This document shows, in pieces, positions 42,033 to 54,249 of a stretch of DNA of 64,000 nt. Source of the DNA: an uncultured Thermoleophilia bacterium (GTDB lineage Bacteria; Actinomycetota; Thermoleophilia; UBA2241); the NCBI GenBank assembly GCA_963702475.1, contig CAVPCT010000009.1, forward strand, positions 32,001 through 96,000. Direction: 5' to 3'. The first letter of the stretch is position 1. Each line of letters opens with the position of its first letter. A program made the position numbers and the translations under genes. The notes below the pieces were generated by a model. The model was not told the DNA's origin, made no database searches, and worked only from the letters and a program-made list of their open reading frames with translations.

Positions 42033-43310
42033 GGCCCGGCGACGTTCACGCTGCATCATGTGCACGTCCTCGAGCAGGACGGCGGCTTCTCCGCGGCCAC
42101 GAGCGTCGTCGTCGAGGACGGCGTCGTGACGGCCGTCGCCGCCGGCGCCAGGGGTCCGGCCGGCGCCCCGGAGTACGACCTCAGCGGGCTCTGGCTCATG
42201 CCGGGCGTCTTCGACTGCCACGGCGCACGTGGGCTCTCGACCGTCGACTCCGGCGAGCTCCTGCGGACACCGGAGTCCTACGCCGTCCTGGAGACGGCCG
42301 TGAACCTGCGCAGGACGCTCGACGCCGGGGTGACCTTCGTGCGCGACCTGGGAGCATCGACGCCGGCGTCAAGAGGGCCGTCGCCGACGGGCTCGTGCCC
42401 GGGCCGCGCCTGCAGGTCGCGATCCGCCTGCTCAGCCAGACCGGCGGCCACGGGGACATGTACTCCGGCCGCATAGGCGTCGAGCCCGACCCGGTGTGGC
42501 GCTTCCTGATGACCACCGTGGACGGCGTGGAGAACATGCGCCTCGAGGTCCGCAGGCTGCTGCGCGACGGCGCCGACTGCATCAAGCTGTGTACCAGCGG
42601 GGGCGTCGTTTCGCCCCACGACACGCCGTTCGACGTGAGCTTCACCCCGGAGGAGATCGCCGTCGCCTGGCCGAAGCATCACGGCGACGGCGCCCGGTCG
42701 CGGTGCACGCGACCGGCGGGCGGGGCATCGACAACGCCGTGGCCGCCGGGGTGCGGTCCGTGGAGCACGGCACGCTGCTCACGGAGGAGCAGGCGGCCGC
42801 GATGGCTGCGGCCGGCTGCTGGCTGGTGCCGACCCTGAGCGTGCTCCGCGAGCTCATCGACGATGCGGAAGAGCCGGCCGCCGACGGCTTCGCGCCGTCG
42901 TACGCGCGGCGCAAGATCCTGGAGCCTGCGCGACCGGTTCGGCGACTGCGTGCGCGTGGCGCGTGCGGCCGGCGTTCGCATCGCGACCGGCTGCGACTGG
43001 ATCGACCGGCGCCAGCACGGCAGGAACCTGGAGGAGCTGGCGCTGCTGCACGAGGTGCGGCATGCGAGCCGAGGAGGTCCTTCTGGCGGCCACAGCCGTC
43101 GGCGCCGAGCTGTGCGGCGTCGGCGACCGCTACGGGCGCCTGGCGCCCGGCTGCGTCTTCGACGCCGTGGTGCTCGGCGCCGATCCGTCGGACATGTCGG
43201 TGTTCCGCCGGCGAGAGACGGTGCTCGAGGTGTTCAAGGAAGGTGTCCCCTGCCGGACCGGCGCGGCGCTTCTCGCGGAGCGTCGCGCCGGTGGGGAGGG
43301 GGCGCCGTGA
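42029..43310 (+). CDS. Metal-dependent amidohydrolase (Xaa-Pro dipeptidase-like), frameshifted
   Basis: LMPGVFDCH, AGVTFVRD, QTGGHGD, GADCIKLCTSGGV, SVEHG, ATGCD. Confidence 0.85.
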
Positions 43311-43405
43311 GGCGCCGGGGTGGACGCGTCTTGACGCGGGCCACCCGGCGCGGCAGCGGACCGTCGACGGCGGCCGGAGGGTCGCCGTCAATGAAAGGGG
43401 GAGGC

Positions 43406-45118
43406 GTGACAGCTCGTCAGTTGCAGAAGCAGGCGGCGGTGCTCGCCGTCATCGTGCTCCTGGTGGCGCTCGCCGCGCTCGCCGGGTGCGGCAGCGGGTC
43501 GGACGGGAGCTCGAGGGGACGGCACGGGAGGCAGCGGCTCCGCCAGCCCGTCGGCCGACCAGCCCATCTTCAGGCTGGGCTCCGTGAACGATCCCTACGA
43601 CTCGCTCAATCCGTTCAACGCCCGGTACAGCAGTTCGTTCACGGCGATGACGCTCATGTACCCCAACCTCGTCGAGTTCTCGTCCGCGCTCGAGGCGATC
43701 CCCGACCTCGCCGACTCGTGGGAGTCGAGCGCCGACGGCCTGACCTGGACGTTCAAGCTGCACCCCGGCGCGGTGTGGACCGACGGTGAGCCCATCACCG
43801 CCGCCGACGTCGTGTTCACCATCGAGACGGTGCTGAAGTACAAGGACGACGCGAGCGCGTACCTCAACACGTTCATCCCCGTGGTGACGGGTGCGACCGC
43901 GGTCGACGACACCACCGTCGAGCTGACGCTGTCGGCGCCCTCGGCGACGCTGCTCTCCGACATGTACATGCTGCCCATCCTGCCGGAGCACGTGTGGGCG
44001 CCACTGGCCACGGGCGACGGCTCCCAGCTCAAGACGCCGATCAACGACCCGGCCAAGGAGGACGTCGTCGTGGCCGGCCCCTTCACCATCGAGAAGCTCG
44101 ACCTGAAGGGCACGTCGATCTACAGGCGCGTCGACACCTTCTACGGGACCAAGCCGCTCATCACCGGCTACGGCTTCCAGCTGTTCACCAACGCCGATGC
44201 CGCGGTGCAGGCCCTCAAGACCGACCAGATCGACGCCGCCTACTTCCTGCCGGCCAGCAGCGCGACGGCCTTCCAGGAGGGCACCGGGTTCACCGTCCAG
44301 GGTTTCGGCCAGCTGCCGTGGTTCCTCGCCCCGAACTGCTCCAAGAACTACACGGCGCACCCCGAGATGCAGGACCCGAAGGTCCGTCAGGCGTTCTCGC
44401 TGGCCGTCGACAGGCAGCCCCTCATCGACGCCGTGAACCGCGGGTTCGCCGCCTCCGGCGGGTGGCCGCTGCTCGACGCTTATGTTCCCCAGTTCCTGTC
44501 GCAGCCCATGACCGATCCCGGCTCAGGACGTGGCCGCCGCGAACCAGCTGCTCGACGACCTCGGCTACGCCAAAGGCGGCGACGGTATCCGCGTCGCCGA
44601 CGGCGTGAAGATGAGCTACGACATCCTGGTGTACGCGCCGTGGCGGGCTACGGACGGGCGCAGCGCCGAGCTCATCCGGCAGGACTTCGCCGCGATCGGG
44701 GTGGAGGCCAAGCCGAAGCTGCTGGACGACCCGTACACGGCCATGTGGGGCAACGACTACACGGACTACGCCTTCCTCCTGACGGCCTGGGGAGTCTCTC
44801 CCGACCCGTCGGGGATGCTGATCCTCTCCACCAGCGCCCTGCTCGGCAGCTCGAATCCTACAGGGTTACTCGGACCCCACCTTCGACAAGCTCTACGACG
44901 AGCAGCCGTCGGAGCTCGACCCCGAGAAGCGCAAGGCGATCATCGACGAGATGGCCGGCATGCTGCAGGACCAGCAGGTCTACATCCCGCTCTACGCCGG
45001 GCAGGTGATCACCGCGTGGAGCGACAAGTGGACCGGCGTCCAGGAGGCCGGCTCCCCGCTGGGCTTCTACATGCCGCTGAACAAGCAGATCTTCAACGCG
45101 CTGGCCGTGCAGCAGTGA
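43406..45118 (+). CDS. Peptide/nickel-type ABC substrate-binding lipoprotein 1, frameshifted
   Basis: Lipobox LAGC; SLNP, PDLADSWE..DGLTWTFKL, WTDGEPITAADVVFT, DPKVRQA. Confidence 0.85.
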
Positions 45119-45149
45119 GCTGAGAGCCTGCCGACTGCGGAGCGACCGT

Positions 45150-45955
45150 CGGCCGGGGCGGCCGGGCTTGGGCCCGGCCGCCCCGGCCGCTGGCGGCTCC
45201 GGTGCGGGGAGGTGCCGGGCCCGCAACGACCTTCGCCCGGTGTCCGGTTCGGTGAACGCCTCCACGATGCCGGCCCGGCCGCGGCGAGCGCGCTCTCGCC
45301 GTCGGCGGCCACCCGCAGCGGGACCTCCCCGTCCATCCGCATGCGCAACAGGAGCCGGCCTCCAGCGCCTCGACGGCCCACACCAGGTCCGCCATCGAGC
45401 GTCCCGGACGAGCCTTCGACCGGCGTAGCGCACGATCGCCGCGAGCAGCTCGCCGGTCTCGGCACGTAGCGCTCGTTGGCGGGGCGGTCGCCGGCGGCAA
45501 CGTCCCCCGGCCGCCGCGAGCGCGCCCAGGCCGATCATGAGGAACATGGACGGCTCGGCGAACGACTCGCGGAAGTCCACCTCGATGGTCTCGGCGAGCA
45601 CGGCGCGCCATGGCAGTTTCCGCGCCAGACCGTCAAGTGTCGCGGCGCGCACCCGGTCGATGCCCGGCGTGGCCGCCTGGTCGAGGATACGGGAGAGCAG
45701 GTCCGCCTGGAACTCCGCCGGGTGGGCCAGATGTTGTACACGGCCCCGGTGGTCATGGCGCGCCCGTCCGCGCCGTTCCCGCCGGCCCGGTTCGCCTCTT
45801 CGAGCACGTCCGTGAAAAGGACGTCGGCGAGCGGATTCACGGAGGCGCCGTAGTCGCCGGCCACGCGCGCCTCAACCAGCCGCACCGCCGCCGCCAGCAA
45901 CAGGTCGCGGGTCTCTTCGCGTGTGTCGCCGTCGCGCGACGCCGTGTTTGCCCAT
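45150..45955 (-). CDS. Divergent TetR-like regulator, frameshifted, 3' end uncertain
   Basis: GGAGG RBS; ETRDLLLAAAVRL and MTTGAVYNIWPT resemble TetR HTH helices with insertions. Confidence 0.55.
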
Positions 45956-46112
45956 AGACACCTCCTCGCCGAAAGGCTACCATGCACAGCGTAGATTCCC
46001 TACGCATTCGCTCTACGGTGTCAATGCGGTCGCGCGTGTCGCGCGCGACCGCGGTCCAGTCATCAAGAGGGCGAATCGGCGGCGGTGCGCCGGCGCGCAT
46101 CAAGGAGGCGGA

Positions 46113-47829
46113 CACGACCGGAACCCGCATATCTGGCGTAGGCCACGCGCGGCTGGTGGCGGCGCTCGCCCCCGTCGTGCTGGTGGCGGTCGCCGCCACC
46201 GGCTGCGGCGGGACTCCGGGGCGCCGGGACCACCGGCTCGGCCAGCCCCAGCGGCGACCAGCCGGTCTTCAGGCTGGGCACCGTGGGCATATCCTACGAT
46301 TCGCTGAACCCGTTCGTCGGCGTGTACGCCCAGGACTACGCGGCGTGGATGCTGATGTACCCTAACCTCGTCCAGTACACCAACGACCTCGAGGCCCAGC
46401 CCTGATCTTGGCGGAGTCGTGGACCACGAGCGCGGACGGCCTCACGTGCAACGTTCGCACTCAAGTCCGGCGCGGTCTGGACGGACGGTAAGCCCATCAC
46501 GGCCGGCGACGCGGCCTTCACCATCAACACCGTCGTTACGCTGCAGGGTGGCGCGGCCGCCGCGCTCAGCCCGTTCGTTCCCGGCATCGAGAGCGCCACG
46601 GCCGTCGACGACACCACGCTCGTGGTCAAGGTCGGCGCGCCGTCCGCGGCACTCCTCGCCAACCTGTTCCAGCTCCCCATCCTTCCCGAGCAGTTCTGGC
46701 TGTGTACGCCGAGGGCGACGGGGGCAAGCTGAAGACCGCGACCATGGACCCCGCCAAAGAGACGGTCGTCGCGGCGGGACCCTTCACCATCGAGAAGCTG
46801 GACCTCAAGGGCGCGACGATCTTCAAGCGCGTGGACACGTTCTACGGCCCCAAGCCGCTGATGACGGGCTACGGCTTGCAGCTGTTCACCAATGTGGATG
46901 CGGCGATCCAGGCCCTCAAGGCCGGCCATATCGACGCCCTTACCAATTCCCGCCCACGCCCGCCGAGAGCGGTGAAAGCGACGCCCTCTTCAGACCCAGG
47001 GGATCGCGGTAGCATCCCTCCTACCTCGTCGTCAACTATCCGAGTCAACAACAAGAAACACCCTGAGTTGCCCGACCTGAAGGTGCGCCACGCCCTCGAT
47101 ACTGGCCGTCGACCGCGCGGCGCAGATCTACACGGCTTACAGCGACTTTGCCATGCCCGGGGGCTCGTTCTCCTTCCCCCTGTACGCGCCCAAGTTTATG
47201 TCGGCGGAGGGCCCAGTCACCGAGCGCGATGTCGACCAAGGCGAACTAGATCCTCGACGACCTGGGCTTCGCCAAAGGTAGTGACGGCATCCGAGTCGCC
47301 GACGGGGTGAAGATGGAGTACACGGTCCTCGTCGGCACAGCGAACCGGCGCCATCAAAACGCCGCCTTCGGAGAATCCTCGCAGCAGGGCCTCGCCGAAA
47401 TAGGCATCGGCCTGGAGCGAAGGTCCTCGACAACCAGGTCCACGCTCATTATCGCCGCGCCGAGAGCCCTACACGGACTACGACATGACGTTCCTCGATA
47501 TCGGGCCTCACGCCCGACCCGGACAGGTCCGCACTCCTCTCGACCACCACCATGCTCGGCGCGTAACTTCACCGGCTACTCCAATCCCGCAGTACGACGA
47601 CCTCTGACTCAACAGACGAGCGCGATAGACCCCGACAAGCGCAAGGGGATCATCGACCAGATGGCGGCCATGCTCGCAGCAGGACCAGGTCTATCAGGCC
47701 CATCTGCGACATCCAGATGGTCATGGCGGGGAGAAAGGCGTGGCAGGGGGTACCCGACGCGGGCGGCCCCTTCGGCTATACAGATATCGGAACAAGGGCC
47801 CAGTTCAACCGCTCTGGCGGTAAGCAGTA
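46113..47829 (+). pseudogene. Peptide ABC substrate-binding lipoprotein 2, heavily disrupted
   Basis: Lipobox ATGC; YDSLNPF, MYPNLV, AGPFTIEKLDLKG, KRVDTFYG shared with SBP1; many indels and stops. Confidence 0.7.
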
Positions 47830-47875
47830 AGGGGCGGCAGGAGAGCCGGACGCAATATGACTCTGCTCGAGGGCG

Positions 47876-48841
47876 TTGAGCAAGCGCCAGAAGTACGTCG
47901 TGCGTCGCGCCGGGAGCGCGCTGCTGATCGCCTTCGTCGCGATCGGCTTCAGCTTCGTGCTGTTCCGCGTGCTCCCGGGCGACGCAGTCTCCGAACTTCG
48001 GTCGCGTCCCCAACATCACCCCCGAGATGTGGGGCCGCCATCCGGCCCAGTTCGGATCGACCGGCCGCTGACCGCGCAGTACGTCCTCTATCTCGGGGAA
48101 GCTGGCCCGCGGCGACCTCGGTGTCTCGCTACCAGACGCAGCAGCCGGTGCTCGGGACCTCCTGACGTCGGTACGCAACACCATTCCCATGTTCCTCGCC
48201 GGCGCCGGTCGCCATACTCGTCGGGACCCTTGTCGGGGTGACCAGCGGGTACCGCCAGGGCAACCCGCGAGACCGCCTCATCACCGGCTCCGCCATGCTC
48301 CTCTATCCGATGCCCATCCAGTGGCTCGCCCTGTTCCTGCTCGTCTGGCCTCGCCGGCTGGTTGCCCAATCCGGCATGAGCGATCCCTACCTCTTCGATG
48401 CCGGGCCCTGGCAGGTGGTCGTCGACCGCGCCCGCCACATGCTGCTGCCGGCGACCTGCGTCGCGCTCATGCTCTTCGGGTCCTTCGCCCTCGTCGTGCG
48501 CAGCTCGCAGCTCGAGGCGCTCGGCGACGACCACGTGCTCACCGCGCGCGCCAAGGGCTATCGCAACCGCCGCATCGTGTGGCGTGAGGCGTTCCGCTCG
48601 GCGATGCTGCCCCTGGTCACCCTCTCTACCCTCACGCTCGGGTGGGTCATCGGCGGGGACCATCCTCGTGGAGTCGGTCTTCACCTGGCCCGGCGTGGGT
48701 CTCGCCACGGTGCAGGCCGTGGCGGCGCGCGACTACCCGCTGCTCCAGGGCATCTTCCTCGTCGTCACCGTCTCCGTCGTGGGCTTCAACTTCCTCGGCG
48801 ACGTGCTGCACTCGGTGCTCGACCCGCGGGTCGTCGAATGA
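47876..48841 (+). CDS. Peptide ABC permease (OppB/DppB-like), frameshifted
   Basis: PGD, HMLLP, LTARAKG EAA loop, VESVFTWPGVG, RDYPLLQG, LDPR. Confidence 0.8.
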
Positions 48842-49712
48842 GGCTGGCCCGCCTCCTCCTGCGCCGCCCCACGATCGTCGCCGGGATCGTCATCGTCGCG
48901 CTCTTCACGGCGGTCGCGCTGCTCGCGCCCGTGCTCGAGCCCTACTCGATCACGCGCCCCAGCGGCGCCCCTTCGAGCCGCCCTCGGCGGCCCACTGGAT
49001 GGGCACGGACGACGCCGGCATCGACATGCTACCTCGTAATCGCCGGCGCCCAGAACTCGATGCTCGTTGGCTTCGCCGCCGCGTTCGTCGCGGTACTGAT
49101 CGGCGGGACGCTGGGCATCGTCGCCGGTACAAGGGGAGCTGGGAGAGACCACCGTCACCGGCGTCACCGACTTCTTCCTCGTCATTCCGGGCCTGCCTCT
49201 GATGATCGTCTGGCCGCGCTCTTCGGGCAGACCATCTACCACATCGTGCTCGTGATCGGTCTGCTCAGCTGGATGAGCGTGACCTACGTGGTGCGCGCCC
49301 AGGTGCACACGCTCAAGGAGCGCGGCTTCGTCGCCCGGCGAGGACCTGGGCGCCGGCGATCTCTACATCATCCGGCGCCACATCCTCCCCCACGTGGCCC
49401 CGTTGCTCGTGGCTCAGACGGTGCTCACCGTCGCCTCCGCGGTCTTCTTCGAGGCGGCGCTCGCCTTCATCGGGCTCGGCGACCCACGCGTGTCCTGGGG
49501 CACCATCATCGAGAACGCCTTTCTGCACTCGGCCGTCTCCTCCGGCGCCTGGTGGGCGATCGTGCCGCCCGGCATCTGCATCGCCCTCGTCGTGCTCGGC
49601 GGCTTCCTCGTCGGCCAGGGCGTGGAAGAGGCCATGAACCCGCGCCTCGGCACGCCCACGTCTCGCCGAGCTGTACCGCCGGCGCCGCGCGACGGCGGAG
49701 GACGAGGCGTGA
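48838..49712 (+). CDS. Peptide ABC permease (OppC/DppC-like), frameshifted
   Basis: HWMGTDDAG, RHILPHV, EAALAFIGLG, SWG, WWAIVPPG. Confidence 0.8.
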
Positions 49713-50665
49713 GCGTGCTCGAGCTCACCGGCCTTCACGTGTGGTTCGACGCCCCGGACGGCCGGTCCGCCCACGCCGTGCGGGGCGTCGACCTCGCGGT
49801 CGGGGCCGGCGAGCGCGTCGGCGTGCTCGGCGAGTCGGGCTGCGGCAAGACCACCCTGATCCTCGCGGCCATGGGCCTGCTGCCCTCGTTCGCGGCGGTC
49901 GCGGGCAGCGTGCTGCCTCGACGGCGTCGAGGTGCTCGCGCGCGGCGAGGAGAGTGCCCGGGCCGTCCGCTGGACGCACGCCGCCATGGTCTTCCAAGGG
50001 GCCATGAGCGCCCTCAACCCGGTCTACCGGGTCGGCAAGCAGATCGCCGACCCCATGGTGGTGCACGGGCAGCGCTCGAAGGCCGAGGCCCGAGCGCGCA
50101 CCGGCGAGCTGCTCGAGCTCGTCGGCCTGCCCGCGAGTGTCGCCCGCCGCTACCCGCACGAGCTCTCGGGCGGCATGCGCCAGCGCGCTGTGATCGCCAT
50201 GGCGCTCGCCTGCGACCCCAAGGTGCTCTTCGCCGATGAGCCCACCACGGCCCTGGACGTCGTCGTGCAGGCGCAGATCGGCGACCTCCTCGCGGAGCTC
50301 GCCGACAGGCTGGGGCTCGCCCTCGTCATGGTCACCCACGACATAGGCATGATCGCCGAGACCAGCGCCCGGGCGGTCGTCATGTACGCCGGCGTGATCG
50401 TCGAGGACGGCCCCACCTTCGATGTGCTCACGGAGCCGCGCCACCCGTACACGCGGCTGCTCCTCGAGGCCACGCCGGTGGTCAACCGCGACCGTCCGCT
50501 CGTCTCCATCCCCGGCACGCCGCCGCGCCTCGACGAAGCCGTCAGCGGCTGCGCCTTCGCCGCCCGCTGCCCGCACGTGTTCGCGGCCTGCTCCGTGCGG
50601 CCGCAGCTGTCTGGCGAGGGCACGCCGCCGCCTGCCACGCCCTGGAGCAGGGGAGGCTCGCGTGA
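49709..50665 (+). CDS. Peptide ABC ATP-binding protein (OppD-like), frameshifted
   Basis: GESGCGKT, YPHELSGGMRQR, DEPTTALD, HPYT. Confidence 0.85.
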
Positions 50666-51743
50666 GCGCCGGCCGCCTCAGCCCCCGGCGACCACGCGCG
50701 GCCCGGCGACGGCGAGCACCTCCTCGAGGTGCGAGACCTCTCCGTGCACTTCACGCTGAAGCGCTCGTTCTCCGACCGCCTCGCGATCGCGGCGGGCAGG
50801 TGGCCCGCGCCGTCGACGGGGTGTCGCTCGCCCTCGACCGCGGCGAGCTCCTCGCTCTCGTCGGCGAGTCGGGCTCGGGCAAGACCACAACGGCGCTCGC
50901 CGCCCTGCGCCTGCTCGACCCCACTGCCGGCGCCGTGCTGCTCGACGGTCGCGACGTCACCGCGCTGTCGCACCGTGAGCTGCGCCCGCTGCGCCGCCGC
51001 GCCCAGCTCATCCACCAGGACCCGTACGCCGCCCTCGATCCTCGCCTGCGCACCCGTGACCTCATCGCCGAGGCCCTGCGCATCCACGGGCTCGCGCCCT
51101 CGGAGGAAGCGGAGCGCGCGGTGGTCCACGACGCGCTGGAGAAGGTCGGCCTCACCCCGTTGAGACCTTCGCGGAGCGCTACCCGCACCAGCTCTCCGGC
51201 GGTCAGCGCCAGCGTGTGGCCATCGCCGGCAGCCTGGTGCTCGGCCCGTCCTGCTCGTGGCCGACGAGCCCGTCTCTATGCTCGACGTCTCCGTGCGCGC
51301 CGGTATCCTGCAGCTGCTCGACAAGCTCCGCCGCGACGAGGGCGTCGGCATCCTGATGATCACCCACGACCTGGCCACGGCGGCGCACGTCTCCGATCGG
51401 GTCGCGGTCATGTACCACGGCAACCTCGTCGAACTCGGGCCTGCCCGCACCGTCATCGATGCGCCACAGCACCCGTACACGCAGGCGCTCATCTACGCCG
51501 TGCCGCGCGTGCACCGCGAGGAGGAGCGCGTGCGCACCTTGCCCGGCGAACCGCCGGACGCGGCGCACGTGCCGTCCGGTTGCCGCTTCCACCCACGCTG
51601 CCCGCTCTGCGAGGAGCGCTGCCGCAGCGAAGTGCCGACGCTGTTGCCGGCCGCCGGCGAACCGGGCGTGCTGCGTGGCCTGCCATCTGAGATCGGACGG
51701 CGCGGTCGCGCCGCGTCCGTCCGGAGAGGAGCCGCGACCGTGA
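50662..51743 (+). CDS. Peptide ABC ATP-binding protein (OppF-like), frameshifted
   Basis: [43 protein letters not shown]. Confidence 0.85.
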
Positions 51744-52615
51744 AAGTCTCGATAGGCGACGTGTCACTGTGGTTCGACGTGCTCAACGCCGGGCTGGTCA
51801 CGGACGGCCCGGTCATGCGTGAGAAGCCGGTGGTGCTGGCCCTCCACGGGGGCCCCGGCTTCGACCACACCGACTTCAAGGACATCCTCGAGCCGTTCTT
51901 CGACCTCGCGCAGGTGGTGATGTACGACCACCGCGGCAACGGGCGCAGCGACGACGGCGATGTGGCCCGGTGGAACCTCGAGCAGTGGGGCGACGACGTG
52001 CACGCCTTCTGCGGCGCGCTCGGCATCGAGAAGCCGTTCGTGCTGGGCTGGAGCTTCGGTGGCATGGTCGCCCAGTCGTACGCGTCGCATCACCCGGACG
52101 CGATCGGCGGCCTTATGCTGCTCTCCACCGCCCCGCGCATCTCGGAGGAGCAGTTCGGGCCGGTCTTCGAGCGGGTCGGCGGCCCGGAGGCGCGCGAGAT
52201 CGTGCGGCGCTTCCTCGTGGATCTCGACGAGAGCGCGTTCGACGAGTACACCCGCGTCTGCCTCCCGTACTACACCGTCAAGCGCGATCCCCTGCACCTG
52301 AGCTACCGCGAGACTCGACCCATCATCCGGACCGAGGTGACCCGCCACTTCTTCACCGGGGAGGCCTGGCGGATGGACCTGCGTCCCGGGCTTACCGCGG
52401 TCACATGTCCGACGCTGATCCTCAACGGCGTGCACGACCCCATCACGCCGCCGGAGTGCTCCGACGAGCTCGCGGCGGCGCTGGCCGGCGCGCCGGTGAC
52501 GCGCGTGATCGGACAGGCCAGCTCGCACGACGTACCCGAGGACGAGCCCGAGCTGTTCGAGGGCGCCGTGCGTGACTTCCTGAGCGGCTGTCTGGCGGCG
52601 CGGGAGGCGCAGTGA
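51740..52615 (+). CDS. Alpha/beta hydrolase (proline iminopeptidase-like)
   Basis: LHGGPG, DHRGNGRS, GWSFGG nucleophile, HDPITP, SSH. Confidence 0.87.
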   Translation: MKVSIGDVSLWFDVLNAGLVTDGPVMREKPVVLALHGGPGFDHTDFKDILEPFFDLAQVVMYDHRGNGRSDDGDVARWNLEQWGDDVHAFCGALGIEKPFVLGWSFGGMVAQSYASHHPDAIGGLMLLSTAPRISEEQFGPVFERVGGPEAREIVRRFLVDLDESAFDEYTRVCLPYYTVKRDPLHLSYRETRPIIRTEVTRHFFTGEAWRMDLRPGLTAVTCPTLILNGVHDPITPPECSDELAAALAGAPVTRVIGQASSHDVPEDEPELFEGAVRDFLSGCLAAREAQ

Positions 52616-53915
52616 GCGCCGCCGCGGGTCCTTCGTTCGCCCTGCGCCACGCGTGTGTGCTTGAACAGGACGGCGGCTTCTCCGGCGAACAGGACGTGGT
52701 CGTCGAGGGCGGCATCGTGACGGAGGTCGGCACCGGCCTTACTGTCCCGGAGGCACGCCGGTCTACGACCTGAGTGGCCTCTGGCTGATGCCCGGCGTCT
52801 TCGACTGCCACGCCCACATGGCGTCCTCCACGGTGGACGAGCGTGAGCTGCTGCGCACGCCGCTCTGGTACGCCACGCTGGAGACGGCCGTGAACCTGCG
52901 CAAGACGCTCGACGCCGGAGTCACCTTCGTGCGGGACGCGGGAGGCACGGACGCCGGCTGCGAAGCGCGCCGTGGAGGATGGCCTCGTGGCCGGCCCACG
53001 GCTGCAGGTCGCGATCGTCCTGCTGAGCCAGACGGGCGGCCACGGCGACACCTACTCCGAGCGCGTGGGCGTGGACCCCGACCCGGTCTTCGGCCATCTC
53101 CTGACCACCGTCGACGGCGTCGACGACATGCGCGTCACGGTGCGGCGCCTGCTGCGCGACGGCGCCGATTGCATCAAGCTCTGCACGAGTGGGGGCGTGG
53201 TCTCCCCCACGACACGCCCTGGGACACGAGCTTCACCACCGAGGAGATCGCCACCGCCGTCTTCGAGGCCGGCCGGCGAGGAAAGCCGGTGATGAGCCAC
53301 GCCATCGCCGGCGAGGGCATCGACCTGGCCGTCGCCTGCGGGATCCGCTCGATCGAGCACGGCACGATGCTGACCGAGCGTCAGGCGGCCGCGATGGCGG
53401 CTGCCGGCTGCTGGCTGGTCCCGACACTGTCCATCGTCAACGACCTGATCGAGACGGCCTCGGCCAAACGGAGCGAGGAGTCGGTGGCGGCCCCTTCGTA
53501 CGCCATCAAGAAGGTGCTGGAGCTGCGCGACTCGTTCGGCGAGTGCGTGCGCATCGCCCGCGACGCCGGCGTGCGTATCGCCACCGGCTGCGACTGGATC
53601 GACCGCCGCCAGCACGGCCGCAACCTCGAGGAGCTCGCGCTGCTCCGCGAGGCCGGTCTCACGGTCGAGGAGACGCTGCTGGCTGCGACCGCGAGCGGGG
53701 CCGAGCTCTGCGGCGTCGGCGACCGCTACGGGCGAGTCGCGCCCGGCTACGTCTTCGACGCGATCGTGCTCGGCTGCGACCCCTCGGACGCGGCGGTCTT
53801 TCGCGACAGGGGGACCGTTCGCGAGGTGTTCAAGGGCGGGGTCGCCTGCCGCAGCGACGGCGACCTTCTTGCGGACGTGGGCCGGCGTCGGCCGAGCCGC
53901 CGGCGGGCGGCCTAA
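52612..53915 (+). CDS. Metal-dependent amidohydrolase, paralog of 42029-43310, frameshifted
   Basis: DCHAH, AGVTFVRDAGG, CIKLCTSGG, MSHA, SIEHG, ATGCD. Confidence 0.87.
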
Positions 53916-54110
53916 GGTGTCCGCCTCCATCCCGCGCTCTCCCGGCGTGACGCACACACGGGCGATCGTCGTCGGCGTGACGGCGACGCGTCGGGCGGCT
54001 CCGGAGGGCGGCCTGATCGCGCCGCCCGAAGGGCGCCGCAGGGCGGTCCCCTCCGGCGGCCCGGCGCCCGGCTCCGGGGCAGCCCCGGTGACGCCGGTCG
54101 CACCCGGGTG

Positions 54111-54180
54111 TTGTATCCAGCGCCAGAACGTCGCATACTGCACGCGTCTTGTGGGGAAGTGATATATCCATATCACTTCC
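54111..54180 (+). promoter_or_regulatory. sigma70-type promoter plus palindromic operator upstream of AOR
   Basis: TTGTAT-17-CATACT (54111-54139); GGAAGTGATAT-atcc-ATATCACTTCC at 54155-54180. Confidence 0.72.
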
Positions 54181-54249
54181 GGTCAGCTCCGGGCGGCGGA
54201 AGGCTGAGCGTGGGCGACGCTCCGGCCCCGGGAAAGGATGTGAGCGACC

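Noticed and set aside
51257-52615. Apparent ABC ATPase / alpha-beta hydrolase fusion
   Set aside because: The normal OppF ending VACHL is in another frame with a stop at 51743, overlapping a GTG with its own RBS; a frameshift artefact
54181-54249. Moco/tungsten-cofactor riboswitch upstream of AOR
   Set aside because: Ends in ggaaagga and has a small hairpin, but it is short and lacks the other conserved elements; an Rfam RF01055 scan would be needed
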